NCBI GenBank assembly: GCA_949358305.1
Contig: OX442314.1
Span: 30,690,001-30,754,000 of the forward strand
Direction: 5' to 3'
DNA length: 64,000 nucleotides
Source: Strigamia acuminata
Taxonomy: Eukaryota
Numbering within the stretch: the first letter of the stretch is position 1; each line of letters opens with the position of its first letter. The position numbers and the translations under genes were made by a program. Below, piece after piece: positions 45,398 through 58,859 of the stretch. The notes beneath the pieces are model-generated. The model was not told where the DNA came from. It ran no database searches and saw only the letters and a program-made list of their open reading frames with translations.

Positions 45398-47011
45398 ATG
45401 ACAACAGCTAATACGAATCAAGCCCAAAGATGTCGCCAACTCATTGCTATTCGGTACAATTCGCGAGATGAAGAAAAACCCGACACCGTTGTGTTAAACT
45501 GCAAGAACGGTGGACGGGTACTAGCCGATAAATGGTTATTGGTTGCCGGAAGTGATTATTTCCGTGGCATGTTCAAGCACGGCAACATCGAGAACGAAAC
45601 CAACATTGTTTCATTCCCAGACACATCTTCCGAAGCGATGGAAATCATCATTAAATTCCTCTACGCGCAAGATGTTCCGCTTCTTCCACAAATTCCAGAC
45701 AATGTATTGCGAGAAACCCTCATAGCCACCAACATGATGCTCTTGAACGAACTATTTGACAACTATTGGATCGAATAAACAAACACGGTGACTGTAAACA
45801 ACTTTGTCAACATTTGGCAATTGGCGGAACTGTTCAACAAACACGAAGTGATCGAAAACGTCCGACAGTTCGTTTCCCATCACACGAAACTCATCTCCGA
45901 CACCGACGAACTTGGCAAAATCACAGCCGAACAAATGGCAAGTTTATCTTAAATGCAGAAATGCAATAATTCCGGCGACTTTATTGCGTTCAACTTAAAC
46001 TGGATTATCAAGTCACCTGGGTTGGAATGCAAGACCGCACGTCTCCAGACTTACACATCACAGTGCCGTATAGACAAATTGTCGGACTATTCGCTTCGCC
46101 AACTATTATCATCCGACGTTGTCGCTGAATCGGCAGAAATTTACGGCGCAGTAAGCAAAGCAGTTGCTCCGAGGTGGTTAACTGCGACATCGAGGCGAGT
46201 CGAACTAAACGCCTTTGAAGTAATAAGCGGAAACTGCTTCCATAAATATTCTTATTTAAACCACGAGGAGTGGCAATGTAAGGACGCTTGGGATCACATC
46301 AGCACAGCATCGAACTGGTATCTGGTTATTTCGGCAAAAAGAAAAGTTATTTACTTTATCCGAAATCGCTCTGGAATTCAAGCAATTGATGCGTGCACGG
46401 GTCAGAAACTCGACCAACCCGAAAACGTTGCTGTGCATAACAGTGATAACGTTGCATTCGAAACCGAAAATAGTTTGGAGTTCTATTTTAGACGGACACC
46501 TTCCAGTTATTCGAAGTTTGATTATTACGAAATGGAATGGAGTGTCACTCATTTCGATAATGATATTTCGAATTTCAAACGTTTGCTTTTAGCAACCGAA
46601 GATGGGAGGTTTTATTTCGACGTGAACGAGTTGCACATAAAGCTCGTTAACTGGGTGTCTGACACTTGCGAAACGAAGGAGAAATTACCGGGCAATTGGC
46701 AAAGCGTTCGGTGTAAAAGCCGCGTTGTAAATCGTTCTGAAAAGTTGATTTTTGTTCAACAAATCCCAAATCGCAGTTTGTTAATTTACGACATCGAAAG
46801 TGATTGCTGGAGTGTTGTTTCATCGCCGAATGTCGATGGTCACGTGTTCTTGTATGTCCCTTACGACGACGACTGCCTCATATTCACAAAAACAGACGTG
46901 GCGTACAATGTGTATTCGTTAAACACGATGACCAAAGTGAATGAATACAAGAAACCAACAAAATTTGAAGGGCGCATCCATTTTGACGTTAGTGTTGAAC
47001 AGCAGAACTGA
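45398..47011 (+). pseudogene. Intronless BTB-BACK protein pseudogene
   Basis: Collinear with the two intact paralogs; in-frame TAA at 45776-45778 and 45950-45952. Confidence 0.85.
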
Positions 47012-47920
47012 ACTCGTCTTCTGTACTTTTTGTACTTCAATGAAAGAAAAAAAATACTGCGAGAATAAAACTTTTAAAACATATTTCAACACGTACAATA
47101 CTAGTACGGTAATAATAATTCCATTAACTTATACTCCTTCATGACATATTGACGTCTGAAGACAGGCGTATTTGCGTAATGAATGTAATTGATGAATGTA
47201 AATAAATGTAAACAAATAAAATAAATGTAAATTTTAAATCGTGCTAAGTGATTTCATTGATGTTAGTGTTGTTTCAGAAAAAAACTTTTTGGTTTTTTTT
47301 CTTCATATTTTTTTCTTTGCTTCTTTTATGACTAGACCTTGCTTGTATTCATCCTCTCGTGGATTTGCTTCAGTTTTTCTTCACCCAATTTGGGATAATA
47401 AAACAATAACAACATTTATTCATTCAATAATAAATTTTTTTACTGTTCTTTAATAAATGCTACAAGGATTATCTAGCAATTGTTTATACATGTCTCTTCA
47501 GACAAATTATCAGACTATTCGCTTCGCCAACTATTATCGTCTGATATTGTTGCTAATTCAGCTGTATGCCACCTACAAAACCTCTGGAAATAAGTCATTG
47601 AGCTTGTAAGCTTAATCAGGATTAAAATGAGTGTCGAACCTTAGGTGTTTTCGCATGTAGTATTCAAAAATCAAGTAATATTGACAAATAAACAGAAATA
47701 AATAAATAAATAAATAAATATATATTGTGTGGAATGTGCTAACAAATAACAATAAACCGTAGTTCATAGTGCAGGAGGGATGGTGGTCAACAGAATTATT
47801 TTAATACTACTATTTTAATAATACGGAGAAAAAAAGATTAGACAAATTGTACTAACTGACGTAGGGAGAAACAATGTTCCCCAATTTGCACTGTAGGAAA
47901 TCAAACATATCGTGAGATAA

Positions 47921-49028
47921 TAGTGAGTTTGCGGTTTGCAATTATTCCTTATAATTATGAGTTACAAGCTCATAATTATAATTACAGACGAAACTCTTTA
48001 TAACGAATCGCGATATAACGAATTATCGCTATAACGAATTATTGAAAATGACTTGGTTGGCCAGCCATAGAACACCATGTTAAATATATTCGTTATAACG
48101 AATTTCGATATAACGAATTATTCGTTATAACGAACAGGTTTTCAGGTACACTGTAATACCAACAAGCCCTCGTTATAACGAATTTTCAAAACTGATCACT
48201 TGACTGCCCATGTTAGGAACACATTTAGAAAAAATGAAAAAATTTGTGTTTTAAAATGGCTGCCAAATGAAAAGAAATTTTGATTTAGGACAAGTTGAAC
48301 ATTTTTAATGCCATTAACAATGGCAAGAAGCTACCAATTGTAGCAGTTGAGTTTAATTTGTCCCGTTTTAACAATTTCAACAGTTTTTAAGAATCGGGAT
48401 AAAATTAACATGATTTTATGAATAAATAATGTTGTTTATGATAAAATTTTATTTTTTTCAGCTAATTCGTTTTAACGAATTCTCGTTATAACGAATCGAT
48501 TTGTCCGGTCCCTTGCGATTCGTTATAAAGAGTTTCGACTGTATAATTCCTTCTTGGAATAGGCGTTTGCGCTACAACAAATATTTTATAAATTATACTT
48601 ATAAATACCATGTGAACAGTACAAATCCTTTGCATATAATGGTAGAACAAATCCATATGCAAAAGAAAATAAAAATCTGTATTTTTACTAATTTGACATT
48701 TTTCAGACATAAAATTGTCTTCCAGTTTGTTTATTTGCTTACCTGGAATGATTTTAGTTGTTTCTATCCTTTGATGGCAGAAAGAAATTGTGATTGAGGC
48801 TGAATGTTGAAACAGGTCAGGCAGCCATTTTGAATTTCCATCAGCACCATCGGCGCCATTTGCAATAGTGGGTGGAGCTTCAAATAGTGTTTAGCGATCT
48901 GATTGGCTCCCATATTTTTTAAAATAGTGTAAAAGTTGAGGAGTTACGTTATGTTATAAGTCCATTTTTATAATTATGAGCTTGTAACTCATAATTATAA
49001 GGAATAATTGGCAACCGCAAACTCACTA
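47921..49028. mobile_element. MITE family D copy 2 with a nested pogo/Tigger element
   Basis: Same TIR and interior as 18134-18660. Confidence 0.85.
47985..48541 (+). mobile_element. pogo/Tigger-derived deletion element retaining a transposase N-terminal HTH remnant (~48256-48410)
   Basis: TA|CAG(A/T)CGAAACTCTTTATAACGAA TIRs; remnant DKLNIFNAINNGKK..VAVEFNLS..TISTVFKNRDKI. Confidence 0.8.
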
Positions 49029-49297
49029 GTAACAAGTCGACGCTGTTGTTTTAAGTTTGTATCACCTTTGATCCAATATGCAAATCACGAATAAGAATCT
49101 CCACCACCAGAGGGAGGTATTGAAATCTGGCCGACCTAGAAGGGGTGCGCATCACTTCCGGTTTACCTGTGAACGCGTGCAGGTCGTGCTATAAATTACG
49201 AAGGAATATTCCTTTCAATCGTTTTCCATCCAACAGACGTGACCAAAAATCCTGTAAATATAAGCGGCAGTGTATTTGGTGGAGCAGCAAGTTAAAA

Positions 49298-50908
49298 ATG
49301 GAATCAGCAAACAGGGATCAAGCCCAAAGAAGTCTTCAAGTCAGTGCTAATTTGTACAATTCGCGAGAGGAAGGAAAACCCGACACGGTTGTGCTACGGT
49401 GCAACGATGACGGACGTGTACTCGCCGATAAACGGATATTGGTCGCTGGAAGTGATTATTTCCGTGGAATGTTCAACCACAGCAACATGGAGAACGAAAC
49501 CAACATTGCAACATTCCCGGACATATCTTCCGAAGTCATGGAAATAATCATCAAATTCTTATACGCGCAAGATATTCCTGTCCGTGCCCAAATATCCGAC
49601 ACTGTAATGCGAGAAACACTCATCGCCGCTAACAAGATGCAGTTGAACCAACTATTTGACAACTACTGGACCGAGTATAAGAATTCGATTACTGTAAACA
49701 ACTTTTTAGACATTTGGCAGCTGGCGGAACTGTTCAACGAAGACGAAACGGTCCAAAACGTTCAACTGTTTGTCTCGCACCACTCGAGACTCATCTCCGA
49801 CACCGATCGACTAGGTGCTATCACAACCAACCAAATGACAAGCCTAGCTAAAGTACTGAAAGTGAAAAATGCAGGCGAGTTGATCGTGTTTTACTTAAAT
49901 TGGCGGAAACTAAAGTCATCCGCAATGGAAAGCAGCACCGAACACCTTTTGGAATTTATATCTAAATGCCCTATAAAGGATTTGTCAGACCATTCGCTTC
50001 GCAAACTGTTATTATCAGATGCTGTTAACAAATCTGCAGAAGTTTACAGCGCTGTAAGCAAAGTGGTCCTTTCGAGGTGGTTAGGTGCAACATCGCAGCC
50101 GCAGCAAGTTGAAATAGGTGTCTTCGAAATTACGAGCGGAAAGTGCGCCCTTAAAATGTCATATTTAAACCACGAAGAATGGAAATATGAAAAGGAATGG
50201 GTTCACGGCATAGCACCAGTTCGGTATCCGGCGTTGTCGAGAACGAAAGAAATGTTTTACTTTAACCATTTGCCACATCGAATGGGACTTCGAGCAGTTG
50301 AAGCGTCTACGGGTGACATTTTCGACCAACCCGAACACTTTGCTTTGAGTAAAAATCTGTCATGTGAAGCGACGAATCGTTCGGAAATCTATTTTAGAAA
50401 AAGACGTCGTACTTATTCGTGTTTTGATATTTACTCAAAAAAATGGAAAGTCGTTGATTTCTATGATCACATTTCGAATTTTAAATTTTTGCTTTTAACA
50501 ACTGATGACGGGAGTTATTATTTCGATGTGGACGAATTGCACATTAAGGTTGTAAACTTGGATTTGGGGACTTGTATAACGAAGGTGAAATTACCGGGCA
50601 ATTGGCAAAGCGTTCCGTGTAAAAATCGGGTTCTGAATTCTTCTGAAACGTTGGTTTTTGTTCAAAAAATTCCCAACAGCTGTTTGTTAATTTACGACAT
50701 TGAAAGTGATTGCTGGAGTGTTGTTTCGTCGCCAAATATTGATGGTGAAGTGTTTTTGTATGTTTGCTACGACGAAGACTGCCTCTTAATCACAAAAACA
50801 GATGTGTCGTGCAATGTTTATTCGTTAAACACGATGATGAAAGTGAATGAATACAAATGGCCAACAAATTTTGTTGGGGACATCTATTTTGACGTTACTG
50901 TTGTTTAA
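49298..50908 (+). CDS. Intronless BTB-BACK protein with a divergent Kelch-like/beta-rich C-terminus (536 aa)
   Basis: BTB motifs ADKRILVAGSDYFRGMF and MEIIIKFLY; BACK-like ITVNNFLDIWQLAELF; TATAAG ~40 nt upstream of the ATG shared with paralogs. Confidence 0.85.
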   Translation: MESANRDQAQRSLQVSANLYNSREEGKPDTVVLRCNDDGRVLADKRILVAGSDYFRGMFNHSNMENETNIATFPDISSEVMEIIIKFLYAQDIPVRAQISDTVMRETLIAANKMQLNQLFDNYWTEYKNSITVNNFLDIWQLAELFNEDETVQNVQLFVSHHSRLISDTDRLGAITTNQMTSLAKVLKVKNAGELIVFYLNWRKLKSSAMESSTEHLLEFISKCPIKDLSDHSLRKLLLSDAVNKSAEVYSAVSKVVLSRWLGATSQPQQVEIGVFEITSGKCALKMSYLNHEEWKYEKEWVHGIAPVRYPALSRTKEMFYFNHLPHRMGLRAVEASTGDIFDQPEHFALSKNLSCEATNRSEIYFRKRRRTYSCFDIYSKKWKVVDFYDHISNFKFLLLTTDDGSYYFDVDELHIKVVNLDLGTCITKVKLPGNWQSVPCKNRVLNSSETLVFVQKIPNSCLLIYDIESDCWSVVSSPNIDGEVFLYVCYDEDCLLITKTDVSCNVYSLNTMMKVNEYKWPTNFVGDIYFDVTVV

Positions 50909-53529
50909 GACAAAGCATTAATTTCATCTCATTATAGCAGTTTGCAATTTTTATAATTTGAATAAAAATAAACAATTTAAATAACTACATTGTAAATAAT
51001 CTGTACCTGTAACACTTAATTCTATCATGCCACATCCCATGCCTTCATCTTCTTCAAGAGCTTATTCCCCATACGTCAAAGCGTATGAGAATATTTTGCC
51101 CATAACTAATCATTGAATAAAATCTAGGTTTAAAAATGAGATTTTGTCACTTCAGAAACCTCCTTCTTTTGCCTCATCTGCGTTTGCATAAACGCAGATG
51201 CTTTTCAGATGCTTTTCAGAAATACTAATGCTAAAACTGTAACATTACAATATTAAGTGAGTATTTTTAATTTCTTACCTTGCAGTCTCTGCTCCCTGGT
51301 GATTGTTTTATCCGTAAATTATATTCAAGTCAGTTTATCTCTAGAATGATGGATTCGTCCGGGCCATTTGAATAAAGATAAAAATGATAAGTTCGATACT
51401 GCGTGAGTTCTGAAAATAGATTAAATGAATTAGTTATTTAATGACGGTTTACATAAGGATCCCCTCATGGTAAATTCTGCTCTTCCAAACTAGCAACAAA
51501 ACCTCTATACGCAACTAACCAAAAACGACAAGTTTGCAACGCAAGAAAAGAAGTAACAACAAGAGATCCTTGTGTGCAGTGTTTTATTCGCGACGTGAGA
51601 TTTTCGAGAACAAAGATAAAAACGAGAGAGATGGACACGATTTCCAGACCAAGGAGGACAAGATGAAGGCCGAGGCATTTAAATCAAATCTTGTCGCAAA
51701 CTTGGAAGAGAATAGTGCGAAATCAGTAATTTGAAAAAGTGATTTGTGTGGAGATCGATGCAGACTTACGAAATGCAGAGTGCAATACGCCCACTGGTCG
51801 TTACTGCATATTGCTGATATGTCCATTGGACGTTGCGTATGTAACAGCCAATCAGGGCTGAGTGTCGAAATATTTAAATCTGTGCATTTCAATGAATAAA
51901 TCACTTGTAATCTTTAACCCTACGGTAGTTGTACTGTTGTATTGTTGCATCGAGCTATTTCCAAGACAAAACGTTTCATGATGTTTGCAATAATTCACGA
52001 ACCATCTCTTGTGAACGAATTTTCGTTTGTGCAATTCGCGGATCGAGATGGCAATGGAACATTCTGCCCAAAGTCGTGGACCTGGGTCAGACGAAAGCGT
52101 CAGTCAACGCAATTTCGATTCCTGGCTTGGTCGTGGATTTGTCGAAAGCCAGTTGGCAGGATTAACCAAAATAAAGGTGTTGACTGTGTCGGGACAGTTT
52201 CATTTCGACATCCAGAAACTAGCAGAAACTTTAGTGCATGACGCCAAAAAATTGAATGACAGCAGGGATAAGAAATCGCCATCCGGTTTGCGATGAACGT
52301 TTTGACGCAATTTCAATATTTTGGAGATTTCTCTTACTTGTATTTATAAATTATTAAAATAATTTTTTTCTAATATTGGTAGTTTGTTCTCACTTGTAAT
52401 TGAACGTCCCACTCTACTAGAAATGATTGTCTTGCAGACCACTATTGCTATCTGGCGAAGAAATAGTTAAACTCACACAAAAACACTCCAAATTTTTACA
52501 TTTTGAACTTTGCCGTACGAAAACTGTAAAATAAAATATAAAACAATTATGAAACCTAATTTCGGCGATTTAGAAATGCGTGAAATTCTTCCATCTTTAC
52601 CTGTACTACGGTAGTTGTATAGATTTACACGTATATAAAACTCCTGGAAATAAATCATTGAACTTATACTCTGTAGTCAGGATTAAATAATTTGATATGT
52701 TTGAAAATTGAAATGTTTTAATTTTTGAATGCAGCTAGTTTTTGTGGTCTGAAAATGCTTTTTTTCCCCCTGAAATAGTGTTGTTCCACTCGAGAATTAT
52801 TTGTTTTCACTTGAAAATGCATTTTTCGCCCAAAAAGAGCATTTTTGCAATTAAAAGTTACCATTTCTGAGTTAGCTCCACCTCACTATTCAGTGGAAAT
52901 CGAAAAGACTCTCAAGTCAGATTTTTATACGGTTTTGAAAATGGGTAAGTTTTGTCTGTCAAAAATGTTAGGCAATGAAATTTGTTACCTTGGAAAATCC
53001 CAAAGCATAAACTAAGGAATTTGTGTCTGTTTTTGGGTTTTATAAGTCAAAGTTTCTGTTTTCGGCAGTTTTTGATGATGGTTTAAGGCTTATGCTGTTT
53101 TTTGTATCAATGAAAGCACGAAAAACAATTAATTTTACATTTTTCTTGAATGAATCTCTCATTACAGTGAATATAAAACGGGAATCACACGACTGACTCC
53201 GATGAAAGGACGTGATCATGTTTACACAGTCAAAACTGGAGCACAGACCAATGATAATTGTAAGGAAAAATGCTGTTTTTTCCACGAATTGAAATTTCTA
53301 ACAAAATATTTATTTATTTTCTGGTTATGGCTACATTGTACTTCGTTGATAGAAACATATTTGTTTTCGGCGAAGTTGTGTGCAGAGAAAACGGGAATCA
53401 TTTCCGTAAGCATTTTTAATTTATTTTTTATCAAGTTGAGAAATTAAAATTTTGCTTGTTTGGTTTTAGGTAATGCCGTAGTTGGAGTCCGAAACATGAG
53501 ACTTGCCTACCAAATAAAAAGGAAAGGAC

Positions 53530-54050
53530 TCAAAGCAGTAAGTGTTTGTTCATTCCTAGAAAAATCTGCTCCTCAGCATGCTCAGGAGTTAAACGTGTGC
53601 GAGCATCTGTAATAACTCTTCCCCCACAACTGAATACCCTCTCACTGGGGACGCTGGTGGCTTGAAGGCATAAATACTTTCGGGCCAAGTAAGCCAAGTT
53701 AGGAAAATCAGTAATGTGTATTTTCCACCATAATAAGGGATCCTATTCAATTGGCGTTGGTATTGATTTTTTAAAGCAATCAAATTCTTTTAAAATAATG
53801 TCAGGATGTGACAGTTCTCTAATGACGCCTCATCCACGATTGCATCAACAATATTGCTTTCATTGCCATCAAAAAATGTCAATCAAAACCTCGGGTCTAA
53901 AATTGTTGCTTTACACAACAATTCGTACGTATCACTCTTATAATAATATTCATTCAAAGTAGTGCTAAATTTTTGGCTGATTATCTTTCGATAATGCTGA
54001 TCCGAATCGATATACGTCTCATCTTCATAATCCGTATCATTCGAAAATAA
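53530..54050 (-). pseudogene. hAT transposase remnant (C-terminal dimerization domain)
   Basis: ATILDPRF, then DPLLWWK..FPNLAYLARKYLCLQATSVPSERVFSCGGRVITDARTRL; not shown as such in the ORF track. Confidence 0.9.
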
Positions 54051-54165
54051 ACTTGCGGACGAATTTACTAAGAACGAAAAAAACCCGAATATTTCTTTCA
54101 TTCGTTTTCCATCCAACAGACGTGAATATAAGCGGCAGTGTGTTTGGTGGACCAGCAAGTTTAAA

Positions 54166-55782
54166 ATGGAATCAGCTAACAGGGATCAAGCCCAAAGAAG
54201 TCTTCAAGTCAGTGCTATTTTGTACAATTCGCGAGAGGAAGGAAAACCGGACACGGTTGAGCTACGGTGCAACGATGATGGACGTGTACTCGCCGATAAA
54301 CGGATATTGGTCGCTGGAAGTGATTATTTCCGTGGAATGTTTAACCACGGCAACATGGAGAACGAAACCAACATTGCAACATTCCCGGATATATCTTCCG
54401 AAGTCATGGAAATAATCATCAAATTCTTATACGCGCAAGATATTCCTGTCCGTGCCCAAATATCCGACACTCTACTGGGAGAAACACTCATCGCCGCTAA
54501 CAAGATGCAGCTGAACCAACTATTTGACAACTACTGGACCGAGTATAAGAATTCGATTACTGTAAACAACTTTTTAGACATTTGGCAGCTGGCGGAACTG
54601 TTCAACGAAGACGAAACGGTCCAAAACGTTCTACTGTTTGTCTCGCACCACTCGAGACTGATCTCCGACACCGATCGACTAGGTGCTATCACAACCAACC
54701 AAATGACAAGCCTAGCTAAGGTACTGAAAGTGAAAAATGCGGGCGAGTTGATCGTGTTTTACTTAAATTGGCGGAAACTAAAGTCATCCGCAATGGAAAG
54801 CAGCACCGAACACCTTTTGGAATTTATATCTAAATGCCCTATAAAGGATTTGTCAGACCATTCGCTTCGTAAACTGTTATTATCAGATCCTGTTAAGAAA
54901 TCTACAGAAGTTTACAGCGCTGTAAGCAAAGTGGTCGCTTCGAGGTGGTTAGGTGCAACATCACAGCCGCAGCAAGTTGAAATAAGTGTCTTCGAAATTA
55001 CGAGCGGAAAGTGCATCCTTAAAATATCCCATTTAAACCACGAAGAATGGAAATATGAAAAGAAATGGGCTCACGACATCGGCACAGCAACAGTTCGGTA
55101 TCCGGCGTTGTCGAGAACGAAAGAGATGTTTTACTTTAACCATATGCCACATCGAATGGGACTTCGTGCAGTTGAAGCGTCTACGGGTGACATTTTCGAC
55201 CAACCCGAACACTTTGCTTTGGGTAAAAATGTGTCATGTGAAACGACGAATCGTTCGGAAATCTATTTTAGAAGATCACGTCTTACTTGTTCGTGTTTTG
55301 ATATTTACTCAAAAAAATGGAAAGTCGTTGATTTCCGTTATCGCATTGCGAATTTTAAATCTTTGCTTTTAACAACTGACGACGGGAGGTATTATTTCGA
55401 TGTGGACGAATTGCACATTAAGGTTGTTAACTTGGATTTGGGGACTTGTATAACGAAGGTGAAATTACCGGGTAATTGGCAAAGCGTCATGTGTAAAAAT
55501 CGGGTTTTAAATTCTTCTGAAACGTTGGTTTTTGTTCAAAAAATACCCAACAGCTGTTTGTTAATTTACGACATTGAAAGTGATTACTGGAGTGTTGTTC
55601 CGTCGCCAAATATTGATGGTGAAGTGTTTTTGTATGTTTGCTACGACGAAGACTGCCTGATATTCACAAATACAGACGTGTCGTGCAATGTTTATTCGTT
55701 AAACACGATGATGAAAGTGAATGAATACAATATGCCAACAAAATTTGATGGGGGCATCTGTTTTGACGTTACTGTTGTTTAA
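54166..55782 (+). CDS. Intronless BTB-BACK protein (538 aa), recent paralog of 49298-50908
   Basis: N-terminal half nearly identical; 3' flank also duplicated (50909-51468 vs 55783-56344). Confidence 0.87.
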   Translation: MESANRDQAQRSLQVSAILYNSREEGKPDTVELRCNDDGRVLADKRILVAGSDYFRGMFNHGNMENETNIATFPDISSEVMEIIIKFLYAQDIPVRAQISDTLLGETLIAANKMQLNQLFDNYWTEYKNSITVNNFLDIWQLAELFNEDETVQNVLLFVSHHSRLISDTDRLGAITTNQMTSLAKVLKVKNAGELIVFYLNWRKLKSSAMESSTEHLLEFISKCPIKDLSDHSLRKLLLSDPVKKSTEVYSAVSKVVASRWLGATSQPQQVEISVFEITSGKCILKISHLNHEEWKYEKKWAHDIGTATVRYPALSRTKEMFYFNHMPHRMGLRAVEASTGDIFDQPEHFALGKNVSCETTNRSEIYFRRSRLTCSCFDIYSKKWKVVDFRYRIANFKSLLLTTDDGRYYFDVDELHIKVVNLDLGTCITKVKLPGNWQSVMCKNRVLNSSETLVFVQKIPNSCLLIYDIESDYWSVVPSPNIDGEVFLYVCYDEDCLIFTNTDVSCNVYSLNTMMKVNEYNMPTKFDGGICFDVTVV

Positions 55783-58700
55783 GACAAAGCATTAATTTCA
55801 TCTCATTCTTGCAGTTTGCAATTTTTATAATTTGAATAAAAATAAACAATTTAAATAACTACATTGTAAATAATCTGTAACCTGTAACACTTAATTCGAT
55901 CATGCCACATCCCATGCCTTCATCTTCTTCAAGAGCTTATTCCCCATACGTCGAAGCGTATGAGAATATTTTGCCCATAACTAATCATTGAATAAAATCT
56001 AGGTTTAAAAATGACATTTTGTCATTTCAGAAACCTCCTTCTTTAGTCCCATCTGCGTGTGCATAAACGCAGATGCTTTTCAGATGCTTTTCAGAAATAC
56101 TAATGCTAAAACTGTAACATTACAATATTAAGTGAGTATTTTTAATTTCCTACCTTGCAGTCTCTGCTCCCTGGTGATTGTTTTATCCGTAAATTGTATT
56201 CAAGTCAGTTTATCTCTAGAATGATGGATTCGTCCGGGCCATTTGAATAAAGATGAAAATGATAAGTTCGATACTGCCTGAGTGCTGAAAATAGATCAAA
56301 TGAATTCGTTATTTAATTACGGTTTACATAAGGATCCCCTCATGCCAAACGAGAAGTTTGTGACGATTCTACTTTTGGCTGATTTAATAGCCATTTAAGA
56401 TAGATAAATAATCGGTTTAAACAAGACGTTGCTAGGAGTAGCAACAACCTAACCGAGATAAGCTTACAGAAGTCTGTGTAAAAATATGAATTAATGACTG
56501 AGCAGAAATAACTTACAGTTTTTAGTGTGACATAACATATTTATTACTAAATATTAACAATAGCAAAGATGGGTTCTTGACGCGTGTAAACGGGCGGCAT
56601 CAACTGGTTGAGGATCCGGGCGAAGCCAGAGGGATACGGCTGACTTGCGGCATCGTCACAAATAACGCTACGGAGACGTATTTGGTCCGCAGCTCGAGTA
56701 TCTAATGATGCGAAGAGTCCTTCGCATAAATAGGAATATTCGGCAGAATATTCCATGTTCCAAATGAATAAAAGTCAAGTGATTAAAATAATACAACAAA
56801 TGAATTGTTATATAAATATTAATTGGGCGGGGACCGTCACGACAATTGAGAGAACGTCGCGGGAGTTGTTGAGACTCCATCCGCCAGCATGCCTTACGAC
56901 GACAAGATCTCGTGATCAGGCGCCGAGTATTTGTTTGTACGCTTTAATTCGCTGTCGGTGGTACCAACCACCAGGTAAACATTTCTATGGACTTACCGGG
57001 TTTGAAAGATATTGCCAATACAGGATTACCAATGCCCGAGTAATTTGTTTAGCACGATATATTTTATATATCGTTTACGGGTTACTAACCCGGAGGGTAC
57101 GATGGGGCGGGGACCGTCACGACGGTCGAGAGAACCATCGCGGGAGGATTTGACTCCTCCATCCGCCAGCATGCCTTACGATGACGGGATCAGCAGATCG
57201 AGCACCGGGTAAAATATTAATCGGCCACTGCTGTTGGATTACCATTATCCAGGTAGTTATTTATCGCAACATCTTTAGATATTACTCACGGGCTACCAAC
57301 CCGGCGTGTTACCTGTGCATTAGGCCTTTACCGACTTTTAACGAGCGGAAGGACCAATCGTAGAAAGACGGAAACCTGCGTGGGCTGTTTACAACAACCA
57401 TCCTGCAGCGGACTGTGGCCAGTTAGCTGAGGGACCTACTTTCATTTAGCAAAGTCGTACTGTATACGACCGTTATATTAAGCCACCGTACGAAGTCCTA
57501 CTGTCCCGTAGAACAGCTGGCTAACGTTACGGGGCCATTTCATGCGAATGCATGTCTATTACCGGAGTTAGCCTTCCCGAAATAGCCCTACAACAGCAAT
57601 AACAAATAGTAATGAATACTAACTGTGGAGAGCTGAGGTGGCCTGATGTTTCGATAGAGAATAATGAAATCAAACGATAACAATTCAACTACAGACAATA
57701 TACAAGTTCAGTTATCAAGCCAGGGGGGTTAGTGGGTGAGAAACTGGAGCTTATATAGTTCTGTAGAACTACTAGATTGGTGACAGCCAATCAGCGTACG
57801 AATCGGCGGATTCGTGGGTCACTAGTCCGGACCTAATATATGACTATGTCCAGATGGGCCCAGTTGGGGTCCAGAAGGGTCCGATTGGTTCCCTTCGACA
57901 GGTAAGTAATGTGGCTATTGATTCGATAGAATCAACATTGTCAAGTAAATAATACTTAATTTATATCGAATAAAATAGTTATATTTTATTCACCGTGTCT
58001 AAATAATTATTTATCACACTTTTTAGTTTTATCGAGTTTGAATTACGCGCGTTTGATAAACAGCGCCATCTATTGTGAACATTGATAAATACGGATTTTG
58101 TAATCATCACACATCCCCCGGTGACAAGCATAGAGTTTACCAACTCTTCAATTGTCATTCTTAATGTATAAGAAATGTTCACCTAATTCTATCGAATTAA
58201 TCCACTTGGTAAGTATTTTATTAAACTTAATCACGTTATTTCTTTCAGAAACTTCATCACCCGATTAGACTAATCGGCTTCCCTGTACAACGCAACTCCC
58301 GGTTGCTAAGCGACGGAAATGAACTCGTCCGAACATGGATACATGTTCGAGAAAACTAATTTCGATAGAAATTTTATTTTCTCCATCAAATAAACTTCTT
58401 CACAGCTTATTAATTATCCAGATGATCAAATAAAATAAATTTATGCAAAATTTTATTTATCGGAAAATCTAAACTACTAATTCTTTATTACGAATGTCAT
58501 AAAAAATTAACGAATTTCAACTTGAAATTCTTTAACGCTTCGATCAAAGCAAAATAAACACAAAGTTTCCACAAATAATTATGAAATTTGCAAATAAATC
58601 AAACAAACATATATTAATATGATTAGTTTAAATAAACATCCAAATTGAATTCGAAAACAAAACAAATTAAATTGAATCCAATTTTAAATCAACTATATTC

Positions 58701-58859
58701 TTATGAATATTTAAATAATTAGTTCAAGATCTTGAAACCAAACAAACACAACACTCATGAGAATATTTCGTAATTGCAAAAAACACAACAAACACTTGGA
58801 ACATTTTTAGTCATAAAAATCTCCACTCGGAAAAATAACGAATGTTAATTTTGTCCCTT

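Noticed and set aside
49145..49297. N-terminal extension of the 587-aa BTB ORF
   Set aside because: GTG start upstream of the TATA-like box; paralogs start at the ATG equivalent to 49298
51274..51416. Minus-strand exon-like segment (TTTTCAG...AAG|GTAAG), duplicated near 56150-56290
   Set aside because: Stops in all three frames and no partner exons identified
51500..52300. Cluster of short ORFs suggesting a decayed gene
   Set aside because: No identifiable domain; would need a translated search
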